Source: Malacoraja senta | Taxonomy: Eukaryota | Length of the DNA: 64,000 nt | NCBI GenBank assembly: GCA_038087875.1 | Contig: CM075997.1 | Coordinates: 4,838,001 to 4,902,000 of the forward strand | Reading direction: 5' to 3' | Shown here: positions 50,473 through 63,036 of the stretch, one piece after another | How positions within the stretch are numbered: position 1 is the stretch's first letter | Layout of the letters: each line of letters begins with the position of its first letter | The notes under the pieces: generated by a model | Seen by the model: the letters and a program-made list of their open reading frames with translations, nothing else | Database searches by the model: none | What the model was told of the DNA's origin: nothing | Translations under genes and position numbers: made by a program

Positions 50473-51769
50473 AACCCGTATATTATCCAGTCTACAGTGA
50501 GCACAGTTTTCTATTGTAATGCATCCGATTCTTTAGCTTGGTGCAGAGATACAGCATGGAAACAGGCCCTTCAGCCCGTGGGGGGTCCACGCCAACCATC
50601 GATCACCCCGTTCTAAGATATCCAAACTTTCTCATACACTCTCGACACACCAAGGGCAATTTACAGAGTCCAATCAACCTACAAACCGGCACGTCTTTGG
50701 GATGTGAGGGAAAACCGGAGCAAACCCACGTGGTCACTGGGCAAACATGCAAACTCCACACAGACTGCACCCGAGCTCGGGTTCGAACCCAGGTCTCTGC
50801 CGCTGTGAGGCGGTGGCTCATTCTTGACGTACAAATTGAAAAAACATATATATATAAAACACACACACACAAACAAACACAAATAGAGATACGTCCACAC
50901 ACATACATGCGCACACAGACGCGCGTGCAGGTGCGTGTGCTCATGCAGACACACACACATGTATGTGCTTGAACACACACACATGCACATACACATGTGC
51001 ACCCACATGCACATGCACATACATGCAAGCGCATGCATGTACATGCATACATGTGTGTACATGCGTGAAAGGCCTGGATAGAGTGGATGTGGAGAGGATG
51101 TTTCCACTGGTGGGAGATTCGAGGACCAGAGGTCAATTAAAGGCTGTTCCTTTAGGAAGGAGATGAGGAGAAATGTATTTAGCCAGAGGGTGGTGAATCT
51201 GTGGAATTAATTGCCACGGGAGGCTGTGGAGGCCAAGTCGGATATTATTAAGGCAGAGATTGATTCTTGATTAGTACGGGTGTCAGGGGTTATGGGGAGA
51301 AGGCAGGAGAATGGGGTTAGGAGGGAAAGATAGATCAGCCACGATTGAATGGTGGAGTAGACTTGATGGGCTGAATGGCCTAATACTGTTCCTAACACTT
51401 ATGAACTTATGTGCACACACAGATGCACACACGATGCACATATGCTCGCAGATGTACACACGTATACACACACACCCATACATACATGCATTAACACGCA
51501 CACACACACCGACACACACACAAACACATGGACTACGGGTGCTGTCTGTATGGTGTTTGTGCGTTCTCCCCGTGACCGCGTGGGTTTTCTCCCCGATCTT
51601 CGGTTTCCTCCCACACTCCAATGATGTACAGGTTAATTAGCTTGGTGTGTGTGTAAATTGTCCCTAGTGGGTGTAGCATAGTGGTAGTGAGCGGTGATCT
51701 CCGGTCATTGTAGACTCAGTGGGCCGAAGGGCCTGTTTCCGTGCTGCATCTCTAAACTAAACTACACTA

Positions 51770-52570
51770 AACACACACGGCCACACACAGACATGGACAC
51801 ACACACACACACACACATGTACACATGGACACACACACACACATGTACACACAAACACACGCACACAAACACGTAAATACACACGCACCCATGGACACAC
51901 AAACCCACTCACACATGGACACACACAAACACACACACATGTACACACACACACATGTACACACAAACACATACACATGCACACAAACACACACGCACAC
52001 AAACACACATGTAGACACACACACATGTACACACAAACACACGCACACAAACACACACACACATGGACACACACATGTACACATGGACACACACAGACAT
52101 GTGCACACAAACACATACACATGCATACAAACACACGCTGTGCACACAAACACACACTCACATGGACACACACACATGCACACACACATGTACGCACACA
52201 CACTTGTACACATGTACACACACACACGGACTCACACACACACGGACACACACACACATGTACACACACACACACATGGACACACACACATATGTACACA
52301 CACACACATGTACACACACATGTGGACACACACACATGTACACACACACATGTACACACACACACATGGACACACACACACATGTACACACACACATGTA
52401 CACACACACACATGTACACATGTACACACACACACACATGGACACACACACACACATGTACACACACACATAGACACACACACACACATGTACACACACA
52501 CACATGTACACACACACACATGTACACACACACACATGGACACACACACACACACACCCACACACAGGCA
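51770..52570. repeat. CA-rich compound satellite (acacacatgt / acacacatgg units)
   Basis: Seen directly. Confidence 0.95.
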
Positions 52571-52692
52571 CACAATGCAACAAGGCATAGAAAGAGAGAG
52601 AGCTAGGGGCGAGACTCCAAGTTCTCCCACACACTGTGAGTGAGAGGCTTCTAACACATTGTCACACATTCAGCAGAGAGGACACAACAAGT

Positions 52693-52800
52693 GTCCATCC
52701 ATCCATCCTTCCATCCAGCCAGCCATCCATCCATCCATCCATCCATCCATCCATCCATCCTTCCATCCATCCATCCATCCATCCATCCATCCACCCATCC
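52693..52800. repeat. (TCCA)n microsatellite
   Basis: Seen directly. Confidence 0.95.
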
Positions 52801-53373
52801 AGGGGACATGCGGGACTGGCGGTGCCGACAAGGTCCCGGGCAATGGACGGCTTGTTGTTCTGCTGAAGTGTTCAGCCTGGAATCAGGTTACGGGTTCTCT
52901 CTCCGAAGCGGTGCTTGGATCCACGCTGCGACTCCGTGCTCAGCTCGACTGGCCATCGAGCCAAGGCGGGTGTGGGTGTCTGCGGGAACAGAATCGCAGT
53001 GCGCCATCAAAGTCGCAAGGCGTTAAACCCCAGATATCTCCTGCTAATGTAGATACAATGACAGGATAAGCTCAGGGGCGCGGTGTCCCTGCTGCACAAG
53101 TGCTGACAGGACTCTTGTACCACATGTGACGGGGAGATCACATTTAAACACATCTCTGGGAGAGAGACTCAGTAACTCAGCGGGACAGGCAGCATCTCTG
53201 GAGAGAAGGGATGGGTCGTCTGAAGAAGGGTCTCCCTCCAAGAGATGCTGCCTGTCCCACTGAGTCTATCTTTCAAATGTCTTCAGACTTCACTTTAGTT
53301 TAGAGATACAGCATGGAAACAGGCCCTTCGGCCCACATAGATGTTTTCAAGAGAAAGTTAGATTTAGCTCTTA

Positions 53374-53563
53374 TGCCCCTGTCCCACTTAGGAAACCTGA
53401 ACGGAAACCTCTGGAGACCTTGCGCCCCACCCAAGGTTTCCATGAGTCGCCAGAGGTTTTGGTCACTCGCCTGGAAAGCCTCGACCGAAGCGTGAGCTGC
53501 ATCTACTGACCAAAGATCTTACAGGATCTTTGCTACCGACCGCGCACAACACACACACACACA

Positions 53564-53647
<84 letters not shown>

Positions 53648-54232
53648 TCACGAAGGTGGAGGCCAGGGACAGCGGAGCGCTGTCTGCGCGATGAAGAGGA
53701 AGGTAAACGGCTGCCACAGAGCTTGGTAAGTCCTTTAGAGAGCACGGGAGGAAGGGAGAGAAGGGGAAAGAAGGGGAGAGAAAGGGAGAGAGAAGGGGAA
53801 GAGAAGGGGAGAGAAAGGGAGAGAGAAGGGGAGAGAGAAAGGGGGAGAAGGGGAGAGAACGGTGGGGAGGAAAGAGTGGAGACATGTTTAAGAAGTTTAA
53901 TAAAGTTAGTGGGCATTTTACCTTCCGGCGGTTCTTCTAGGTCCTGAAAACCAAAGATCCTATATGATCTTTGCTGAAAACTCCAATGAGCCATCAAAAT
54001 GGCCGGACAGCGAAGGAGATGGCCTGCGTCTGTCTGTAAGTAAATAGCAACCCCACTCCACTGGCTTCGACCAAACGGCAACCTATTTTTAGTCAAGGCT
54101 GGTTTTGATTTTGTTGAAATAATCGCAGGAACATAGAAGAAGCCTCGACTACGCGGAAACCACTTTCGACCATTAGGGAGAGTGACCAAAACCTCCGGGA
54201 ACCTCACGGAAACCTTGGGTGGGACAGGGGCT
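53374..54232. mobile_element. Long PIF/Harbinger-type non-autonomous element inserted in CR1
   Basis: tgcccctgtcccac / gtgggacaggggct with TTA TSD; CR1 gctc(tta)gggctaatgga is restored on removal; contains (AC)n and GA-rich tracts. Confidence 0.8.
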
Positions 54233-54448
54233 TTAGGGCTAATGGAATCAAAGGATTTTGGGGGAAAAGCAGGAACGGGGTACTGATTTTGGATGATCAG
54301 CCACGATCATATTGAATGGCGGAGCTGGCTCGAAGGGACGAATGACCTACTCCTGCACCTATGGTCTATGTTTCTAATTCTCATGGAGGGATCTGTTGTT
54401 CCTCTGGTTGTGTTCATCCGTTAACCGAGCCTCTCTTTCTTCTTGTAG

Positions 54449-54505
54449 ATGATTCTGGCTATACAGGTGCTGAGGTTTCATCTACTGGAGTTGGAAACTC
54501 AGCGG
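54449..54505 (+). CDS. MEIS: Single internal exon of a MEIS-family TALE homeobox gene (MEINOX/HM region); 3' end disrupted; paralogue not resolved
   Basis: Branch-like ttaac (54421), polypyrimidine tract and TAG acceptor, then MILAIQVLRFHLLELE, which is 15/16 identical to MEIS MIQAIQVLRFHLLELEK with the expected phase-0 start. Homology stops at about 54497; the end given uses the cryptic donor CGG|gtgagg. Confidence 0.8.
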
Positions 54506-54573
54506 GTGAGGCAGCATCTATGGAGTGAAGGAATAGGCGACGTTTCGGGTCAAGACCCTTCTTCAGACTGATG

Positions 54574-54773
54574 NNNNNNNNNNNNNNNNNNNNNNNNNNN
54601 NNNNNNNNNNNNNNNNNNNNNNNNNNNNNNNNNNNNNNNNNNNNNNNNNNNNNNNNNNNNNNNNNNNNNNNNNNNNNNNNNNNNNNNNNNNNNNNNNNNN
54701 NNNNNNNNNNNNNNNNNNNNNNNNNNNNNNNNNNNNNNNNNNNNNNNNNNNNNNNNNNNNNNNNNNNNNNNNN
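54574..54773. other. Assembly gap (200 N)
   Basis: Run of exactly 200 n, probably a fixed-size scaffold join. Confidence 0.98.
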
Positions 54774-54929
54774 AAGAAAGGAACTGCAGATGCTGGGTTT
54801 ACACCGAAGATAGACACAAAATGCTGGAGTAACTCAGCGGGACAGGCAGCATCTCTGGAGAGAAGGAATGGATGACGTCTCTGGTCCAGACCCTTCTTCA
54901 GACTGAGAAACTTCAGACCACAGTGGCAA

Positions 54930-55590
54930 GTCAGTTTAAGAATAAGGGATAGGCCATTTAGGACTGAGATGAGGAAAAATGTTTCAGGAAAAATGTTCCC
55001 CATGTTGGGGGGAGTCCAGAACCAGGGGTCACACAGTTTAAGAATAAAGGGGAGGCCATTTAGGACTGAGATGAGGAAAAACGTTTTCACCCAGGGAGTT
55101 GTGAATCTGTGGAATTCTCTGCCACAGAAGGCAGTGGAGGCCCATTCACTGGATGTTTTCAAGGCCCATTCACTGGATGTTTTCAAGGCCCATTCACTGG
55201 ATGTTTTCAAGATTCAACAGAGTTGTGAATCTGTGGAATTCTCTGCCACAGAAGGCAGTGGAGGCCCATTCACTGGATGTTTTCAAAAGAGAGTTAGATT
55301 TAGATCTTGGGGCTAACGGAATCAAGGGAATCCAGAAACAGGGGCCACACTTTAAGAATAAGGGGTATGCTGTGGAATTCCCTGCCTCAGAGGGCGGTGG
55401 AGGCCGGTTCTCTGGATACTTTCAAGAGAGAGCTGGATAGGGCTCTTAAAGATAGCGGAGTCAAGGGGATATGGGGAGAAGGCAGGAACAGGGCACTGAT
55501 TGGGGATGATCAGCCATGATCACATTGAATGACGGTGCTGGCTCGAAGGGCTGAATGTCCTACTCCTGCACCCGTTGTCTATGTTTCTAA
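54930..55590 (+). mobile_element. Rearranged CR1 3' fragments with 24-bp tandem repeats
   Basis: aggcccattcactggatgttttca three times at about 55138-55209, plus repeated restarts of the CR1 consensus. Confidence 0.8.
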
Positions 55591-56149
55591 GCCTGGAGTC
55601 ACATATGGATGCAGTGATAAGGGTGCAGTTTTATCCCCTCTACCACCCCCCCACTCCCCCCCCCTCCCCACCACCACCCCTCACCCCACCACCCCATCAC
55701 CATTGAAGCGAATGGTTACAGACTTAGGCAGTTGTGGACACAGTCCAGTTCATCACACATGGACCTCCCCTCCCCTCCAGCAGAAAACAGGGATGAAGAA
55801 GGTTTAGATATGGGGCAAACACAGGCAGGTGGAACCAGTGTAGATGGGGCATCTTGGTGGGCATGGGCAAGTTGGCCTGTTTCCATGCCCGTTTGACTCT
55901 AGAAGTCTATGAGGCTCTGCCTCAAGAAGGTGGCATCTACCATCAAGGATGCTCACCATCCCGGCCGTGCCCTCTTCTCACTGCCACCATCGGGCAGGAG
56001 GTGCAGAAGCCTGAAGTCCCACAGCACCAGGTTGAGCAACGGATACTTTCCTTCACCCACCAAGTTCGTCAAGCAACTTATACAACCCTAATCCTACCTC
56101 GGTAACGGAACTCAGGGACCACCTCTTGCTTGAATGATACGTTATACTG

Positions 56150-56425
56150 TAGATTTAGTTCAGATTAGTTTAGAGATACAGCGCGGAAACAGGCCCTTCG
56201 GCCCACCGAGTTCAGCCCAACCAGTGATCCCCGCACACTTATAACACTATCCTACACACACTGGGGAGTATTACATTCATAACAAGCCAATTAACCCACA
56301 AACCTGCACGTCTTTGGAGTGTGGGTGACGGGGAGAACGTACAAACTCCGTAAAGACAGCACCCGTAGTCAGGATCGAACCCGGGTCTCTGGCGCTGTAA
56401 GGCAGCAACTCTACCGCTGAGCCAC
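56150..56425 (-). mobile_element. tRNA-V SINE
   Basis: Consensus match, reverse strand. Confidence 0.8.
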
Positions 56426-57582
56426 CCAGATATATAGTGTTATCACGGCAAAATGTTTCATACCTGAGCCATCAATGTGTGTATCATGGAGTGTGAGGTG
56501 CACCCTGTAAAACCCACCTGGATTCCCCTAGTTGTATCATTATTTTATATCGTGTATAACTATTGCCCTGTGATATACTAGGTATTGCCTGAAGGAACCT
56601 CAGGCAATAACAAAGTGAATAAAAACAAGGAGAGGGAAGAGTTATATATTAAATCCATTCATCTGAGATTTATTAGCTGGCATCAGAAGGGTGGCCAGTG
56701 ATTTACTAGGCTTAGACGGACTATGTATAATCCAGTCACCGCCAAAGATCCTATAGCAAGCAAGATAGTCCACTCGATGAAAAAGACGTAGTACGGTCAT
56801 GGGCAGATTCATGGGTCATTTAAGGCCCCATTTCCGTAACCGCCTTCCGTCTCCGCACCAAAGATCCCATAGACAATGGACAATAGACAATAGACAATAG
56901 GTGCAGGAGTAGGCCATTTGGCCCTTCGAGCCAGCACCGCCATTCAATGTGATCATGGCTGATCATCCCCAATCAGTACCCGTTCCTGCCTTCTCCCCTG
57001 ACTCCGCTATTTTTAAGAGCCCTATCTAGCTCTCTCTTGAAAGCATCCAGAGAACCTGCCTCCACCGCCCTCTGAGGCAGAGGTAGGAGGTGAAGGGGCA
57101 AACTTTAACGGAGGACAATGGACAAAGAGTTTTGCAGTGCAGTGGAACAAGGAGAGGTGACGTGAGAGTTACAGGAGTGTAGAAGTACAGAGCCGAGGCT
57201 ACAAGTCTGATGGAGTATCGGTTTCAGATAATTAGGGCTATCGAGGGCCTTTGATGTGCGATACAGTAACGGAGACATGGCAGTGTTACATATCAGTCAA
57301 AAACAATCTCAGTCAGATCTTAATATTTCGGAACTGTACAAAATCATGAGAGGAATAGAGCGGGCTGGATGCATAGAATCTCTTGCCCAAAGTGGGGGGG
57401 GGGGAATCGAGAACCAGAGGGCGTAGGTTTAAGGTGAAGGGGTAACGATTTTGCAGGTGTCTGAGGGGTATCTTTGTCAAGGAAAGGATGAAAGGGTGAA
57501 AGGAACGAGCTGCCAGAGTTTTTTTAGTTTTAGAGGAGGTAGTTGAGGCAGGGACTATCGCAACGTTTAAGAAACAATTAGA

Positions 57583-58359
57583 TAAATGTCAATCCCAAGA
57601 AGCAACTATAGCGCACTCATTTGTCTTCTGTACAAAAATTCAAAAATTTTGGAATGAAATTTTTGAAATCTTTACAAAGTTATTTAAAACAAGACTGACA
57701 CCCAAAGCAGAATGGATTATCTTTGGTATAACGGAAGATGGTCCAGAACTAAATGTGTTTCAAAAAGAAACTAATGGACTATGGGTTAATAACTGGAAAA
57801 AAGCTAATTCTAAAATTTTGGAAGAAGGCTCCAATACCAACTATAAATATGTGGATTTCAAATATGTTTGAAACATTACACCTAGAAGAGATAAGACTCC
57901 TCCTAGCAGGGTAAACCAGATCACTTCCACCTGACGTGGTCTGCATTTATAGAATTATTACAAACATAGGGTGCATAAGTACTTAAAAAAAAAATTGAGG
58001 TCAGGTAAGGGGGGATGATAGTTGAAGAGTTGGTATGTCCAATTTACGTAATGCTCATAAAAATATTTGTTTCTCTCTCTTTTTCCTCTTTCTCATTCTC
58101 TTTCTTTTCTAGGGTCTATTTCTTAACTCTTTTTCTTTTGTTTTTAATTTTGCTCTTATAGGGTCTTCGTCCTTTTTTGTTGTCACATTTCCTACACTTT
58201 CACTTTTTCCTTCACTTTCTTCTTTCTTTCAATCTTTTCCTTTTCTAGTGTAAAAAATAAATGGAGTACATTAATTGTAAGAAGATATAAATGACGAGTA
58301 CTAATGTATGTGGTTGTAATGTAATGTACTTCTAATAAAATACAAATTAAAAAAAAAAA
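57583..58359 (+). mobile_element. 5'-truncated L1-clade LINE nested in a CR1 fragment (57335-58510)
   Basis: KCQSQEATIAHSFVFCTKIQKFW...KKLILKFWKK..PTINMW...WSAFIELLQT*; AATAAA at 58334, poly(A), 14-bp TSD aagaaacaattaga. Confidence 0.85.
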
Positions 58360-59076
58360 AAGAAACAATTAGACAGGTACGTGGATAGGACAGGTTTACA
58401 GGGATGTGGGCAGGTGGGAATAGTGTAGATGGGACATGTTGGCTGGTGTGGGCAAGTTAGGCCGAAGGGCCTGTTTCGACGCTGTATGACTGTATGGTTT
58501 TATGACTCTCTGCTCCTGAACGCAAATCTTCCTGATAGCTTGGAGCTAATTGTGCTAATTTGTTTAACTTCATTATTTTCACCTGCAACGAGGTACAGTG
58601 AAAAGCCAGCTATACAATCAACTCACATAACACTGCACAACAGCCAGACTCAAGGACAATAGGCCGAGTGTACCAATTCACCCTCTGTAAATCGCCCCCA
58701 ATGTATCCCAAGGGAACGGATGAGAAAGTGGGATAACATAGAACTAGTGTGAATGGGTGATCGATGGTCAGCGTGGACTTGGTGGGCCGAAGGGCCTGTT
58801 GCCATGTTATAATTCTAAACTACACAACATTCTAGACCACACTAAGGAGGCCAGGAGTGGGGGATTCATTCACAAAAGAGAACACAAGAGAATAGGAGCA
58901 GGAGGAGGCCATTCGGCCCATCAAGCCTAGCCCGCCATCCAATATGATCAGTTGGTTCTGTGCCAATCCCATCTATTCCCTCAATTCCTCAAACTTTCAA
59001 ATAATGATCTAACTCCTCAGGGAAAGGTAGTTCCAATGATGCATTACTCTCTGAGAGAAGATATTTCTCAGCCCCT

Positions 59077-59388
59077 CGGTGGCACAGAGGTAGAGCTGCT
59101 GCCTTACAACGCCAGAGTCCCAGGTTCGATACTGGCTACGGGTGCTGTCAGTGTGGAGTTTGTATGTTCCCCCTGTGAGTGTGTGAGTTTTTCCCGGCTG
59201 CTCCGGTCTCCTCGAACACTCCAAAGATGTGCAGGTTTGTAGGTTAATTGGCTTTGGTAAAGATTGTACATTCTCCTTAGTGTTGTGTAGGATAGTGTTA
59301 GTGTGCGGGGATCGCTGGCCGGCGCGGGCTTGATGGGACGAAGGGCCTTTTTCCACGCTGTATCTCTAAATTAAAAACTAAACTAAAC
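59077..59388 (+). mobile_element. tRNA-V SINE
   Basis: Consensus match. Confidence 0.8.
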
Positions 59389-59929
59389 TCGGTTTTGACT
59401 GACTGGCACCTTGTTTTATAACTACAAACCTCTGTTTGTTATTAAGTCATAAGAGCAGAATGAGGCCATTTGGCCCTTCAAGTCTACACCACCATTCAAT
59501 CATGGCTGATCTGTCTTACTCCCTCAACCCCATTCTCCTGCCTTCTCCCCAGAGCCCTTGACATCCTTACTAATCAAGAATGGGTCAATCTCCATTTTAA
59601 AAATACCCAACGACTTGGCCTCCACAGCTGTCCATGGCAATGAATTCCATTGAGATTCTCCCACCAGATCTCTCAATAACTACCCTTTCAAGCTTACATA
59701 TTTGAATCCAGTGAGCACTCATTCTCCTATTTCCGAAGGAACATGAACACAAATTGTCTTGTGTAGAAAGGAACTGCAGATATTGGTTTAAACCGAAGCT
59801 AGACACAAAAAGCTGGAGTAACTCAGCGGGACAGGCAGCATCTCGATGCTTTTTGCTACTCCAGCTTTTTGTGTCTGTCTTCAGTGTTACCAGTCTGGAT
59901 ATGACCACAAGAGGCATCTTTAGACTTTA

Positions 59930-60368
59930 ACAGACTTTAGACTTTAGAGATGCAGCGCGGAAAAAAGCCCTTCGGCCCATCGAGTCCGCGCCAACCAACG
60001 ATCACCCCGTACACTAGCGCGATCCTCCACACACTGGGGACAATTTACAATTTTCAATTTACAATTTTCCTACCAAAGACCCGGGTTCGATCCTGACCAC
60101 GGGCGCTGCCTCTACGGAGTTTCTACGTTCTCGCCGTGACCTGCGTGGGTTTTCCCCGGGCGCTCCGGCTTCCTCCCGCACTCCAAAGACGTGCGGGCCC
60201 GCACGTCTTTGGGGTGCGGGAGGAAGCCGGAGCACCCGGGGAAAACCCACGCAGGTCACGGGGAGAACGTACAAACCTCCGTACAAGACAGCGCCCGTAG
60301 TCAGGATCGATCCCGGGTCTCTGGCGCTGTGAGGCAGCAACTCTACCGCTGCGCCACCGTGCCGCCCG
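59930..60368 (-). mobile_element. tRNA-V SINE containing an internal fold-back duplication
   Basis: Minus-strand SINE in which 60077-60197 is the reverse complement of 60198-60320. Confidence 0.85.
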
Positions 60369-60581
60369 CACTTACTTAAACTTTTGATTGTTGCAGTGAA
60401 TTACGACGGCCCTCGTCCGCCTTAGGCCAAGAATTATACAAAGGAATTTCGGCAACATAAAATTATCTTAAGGAAGGTCCAAAGTTCAGCCAGTGGAATA
60501 TTCCACATCGGGAATCTTGGCAAAATAATACTCTTTATTTACAGCCTGTTCCCCTCATCCTCCCTATTGCCAGGCAACGTC

Positions 60582-60594
60582 AGGTCAAAGGTCA
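60582..60594 (+). promoter_or_regulatory. Perfect DR1 nuclear-receptor motif
   Basis: AGGTCA-A-AGGTCA in apparently non-repetitive sequence; motif match only. Confidence 0.3.
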
Positions 60595-61277
60595 CACATC
60601 CTCACACTCCAGATGTGGATGGCCGACCATGGGATCACGGTTGAGTTGCCTTTTGCTTTCCAAAGACTTGCTGGGACACAAGGGAACAATGGATGCATTC
60701 AGCTCCTGTCATGGAAGCGATAGGGGCAGAATTAGGCCATTCGGCCCATCAAGTCCTACTTGAGGCAGATTCACAAGAGGTGTTTGAGGGGCTTTTAGAT
60801 AGGCACATGGAAGTGTAGGGGATAGAGGGATGTGGACCATGTACAAGCAGATGAGATCAGTTTAACTTGGCATTATGTTCGGCACGGACATTGTGGGCCG
60901 AAGGGCCTGTTCCTGTGCTTTTCTGTTCTATGTTCTACCTTCTATGTTTTCATAAGTTCGTAAGTGAATTAGGCCATTCGGCCCATCAAGTCGACTCCGC
61001 CATTCAATCATAACTGATCTATCTCTCCCTCCTAACCCCATTCTCCTGCCTTCTCCCCATAACCCCTGACACCGGTACTAATCAAGAATCTATCTATCCC
61101 TGTCTTAAACATATCCACTGACTTGGCCTCCACAGATGTCTGTGGCAAATATTTCCACCGATTCAGCAACCTTGGTCGGATATCTTGGGTACAGTCAGTC
61201 TGTGGTGTCTAATCCAGATCAGACTGCTTATTTAGATAGACATGAAGTATCCTTATTCAATATCTCCTGAGCAGCGG

Positions 61278-61575
61278 AGTCTCTTGCCCAGAGTAGGGGA
61301 ATTGAGGAAACCAGGGGACATAAGTTCAAGGTGAGGGGGGAAAGATTCAATAGGAGTCTGAGGGGTAAATTTGTCATGCAAAGGGAGGTGGGTGTATGGA
61401 ACGAGCTGTTGAGGCAGGGACTATCGCAACGTTAAAGAAACAGTTAGACAGGCACATGGATAGGACAGGTTTAGAGGAATATGGGCCAAACGCAGGCAGG
61501 TGGGACTAGTGTAGATGGGGCATGTTGGTCGGTGTGGGACAAAAGGCCTGTTACTATGCTGTAAGACTCCATGAC
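61278..61575 (+). mobile_element. CR1 3' fragment
   Basis: SLLPRVGE..GHKFKVRGERFNRSLRG...GLEEYGPNAGRWD*. Confidence 0.8.
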
Positions 61576-62214
61576 TATCGGAGGCCACTCGGCCCATTGA
61601 GGTTATGCTGGCTCACAGTGCAATCCCATCCTCCCATGCTCTCATATATCCCTCCTCAAAATCTACCACTCACCTACACACAAGGGGACAATTCACTGCA
61701 GCTAATTGACCTACAAAACCCGCACATCTCTGGGATGTGGGAGAAAAACGGGAGGAAACACATGCGGTGGCAGGGAGAACTGAGAGTTGCAAGCTGAGCC
61801 ACTGACAAACCTCCTCAGATGCAGCAGGGTTGTATCAGAGTTTGGTTTGGGAACAGCTATGCCTAATACTGCAAGGAATTGCTGAGTTGTGGATGTAGCC
61901 CGGTCCATCGCACAGACCCAGACTCACCACCAATGGCACCAACTACCCTTCACTCTGTCTTGGAAAAGCAGCCAACATAATCAAAGCCTTGCCCCTGTCC
62001 CACCCCTGGTCATTCCTTCTTCTCCACCGCTCCTGTCCGGCAGAAGGTACAGAAGCTTGAATGCGAGCACCACCAGACTCAGGAACAGCTTCTTCCCCTC
62101 TTGTTATCAGGCTTCTGAACGGTCCTTCCATAAGCTATGGTACTGTCCGATTCACCTCTACCCCATTGTGGACATTGTCCCTGGAACTGGCAGTCAGCAA
62201 TGCACTTTGTATCA

Positions 62215-62879
62215 TCTTCTTCTTCTGTCGTGTGTCTTTTAGACCGGCAGCTCCGTTGAGGCGAGCCAGGCCAACGTGTCATCGTCCAGGTCAACCAGAC
62301 CTCGTTCACCATTTGGTGGCCGGTGTTTGGGGCAACTGGTGACGATGTGTGGGCTCCACTGTCTGTGTTGGGTCCCCACACTCGCAGGAGGCACTCGCTG
62401 TCCACGAGGCCCCACCTCTTCATCGCTACTCCATAGCGTCTGATGCCTGTCCTCAAGCGGTTGAGGGTTGTCCACTGCTTTCGGGGCAGGTCCTGGAGAG
62501 GGACGTCCATGGGGTCATCGATGTAATGGTGTAGCCTAGATGGTTCCGCTGACTTCCACTGGTCTCTCCATCTCGTCTTGACCCAGGCGGCCTTGGAAGC
62601 GTCAGCCGGTGTTGTGCAGAGCAGCTCTTGGGCTTGCGTGGCAAAGGGGCGCCGTGACTTGAGGCGCACTCGTCGTGGTGTCTCTGTGACGGTCTGATGG
62701 AGGAGGTGGGATTCACTGGTCTGTGCCTTTCGAGAGAGGGCCAGCGTGGCTGCGTCTTGTCTGATGTTGGCTGGGGCGATGGCAGCGAGGACGGGCAGTT
62801 GGATTACTGGGGTGGCTCGTAGGCATCCGGAGACAGTCCGCAGGGCGCTGTTGAGGGCAGCATCCAGCTTCTTGGCATG
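62215..62879 (-). mobile_element. RTE-X-like LINE 3' fragment (second family)
   Basis: HAKKLDAALNSALRTVSGCLRATPVIQLPVLAAIAPANIR...RLKSRRPF...WTTLNRLRTG...HIVTSCP...LAWL; (GAA)n tail; possible TSD atcatc. Confidence 0.8.
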
Positions 62880-63036
62880 ATCATCGAAGTATTGTACTTG
62901 AGTTTGGGTTGATTGTATTTAGATTTTAGACTTTGGAGATACAGCCCTTCAGCCCACCGAGTCCATGCCGACCAGCAATCACCCCCTATACTAGCACCAT
63001 CCTACACACAAGGGACAACTTACAATTTTACCCTAA

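Noticed and set aside
49672..50616. 314-aa Pro/Thr/His-rich ORF and overlapping antisense ORFs
   Set aside because: Translation of the (CCCACT)n satellite; no domain or splice evidence.
51757..52669. Long His-Thr and Cys-Val ORFs (also at 44358-45205)
   Set aside because: Dinucleotide repeat translations.
56583..56609. Small hairpin tattgcctga-aggaacc-tcaggcaata
   Set aside because: Too short and isolated to assign a function.
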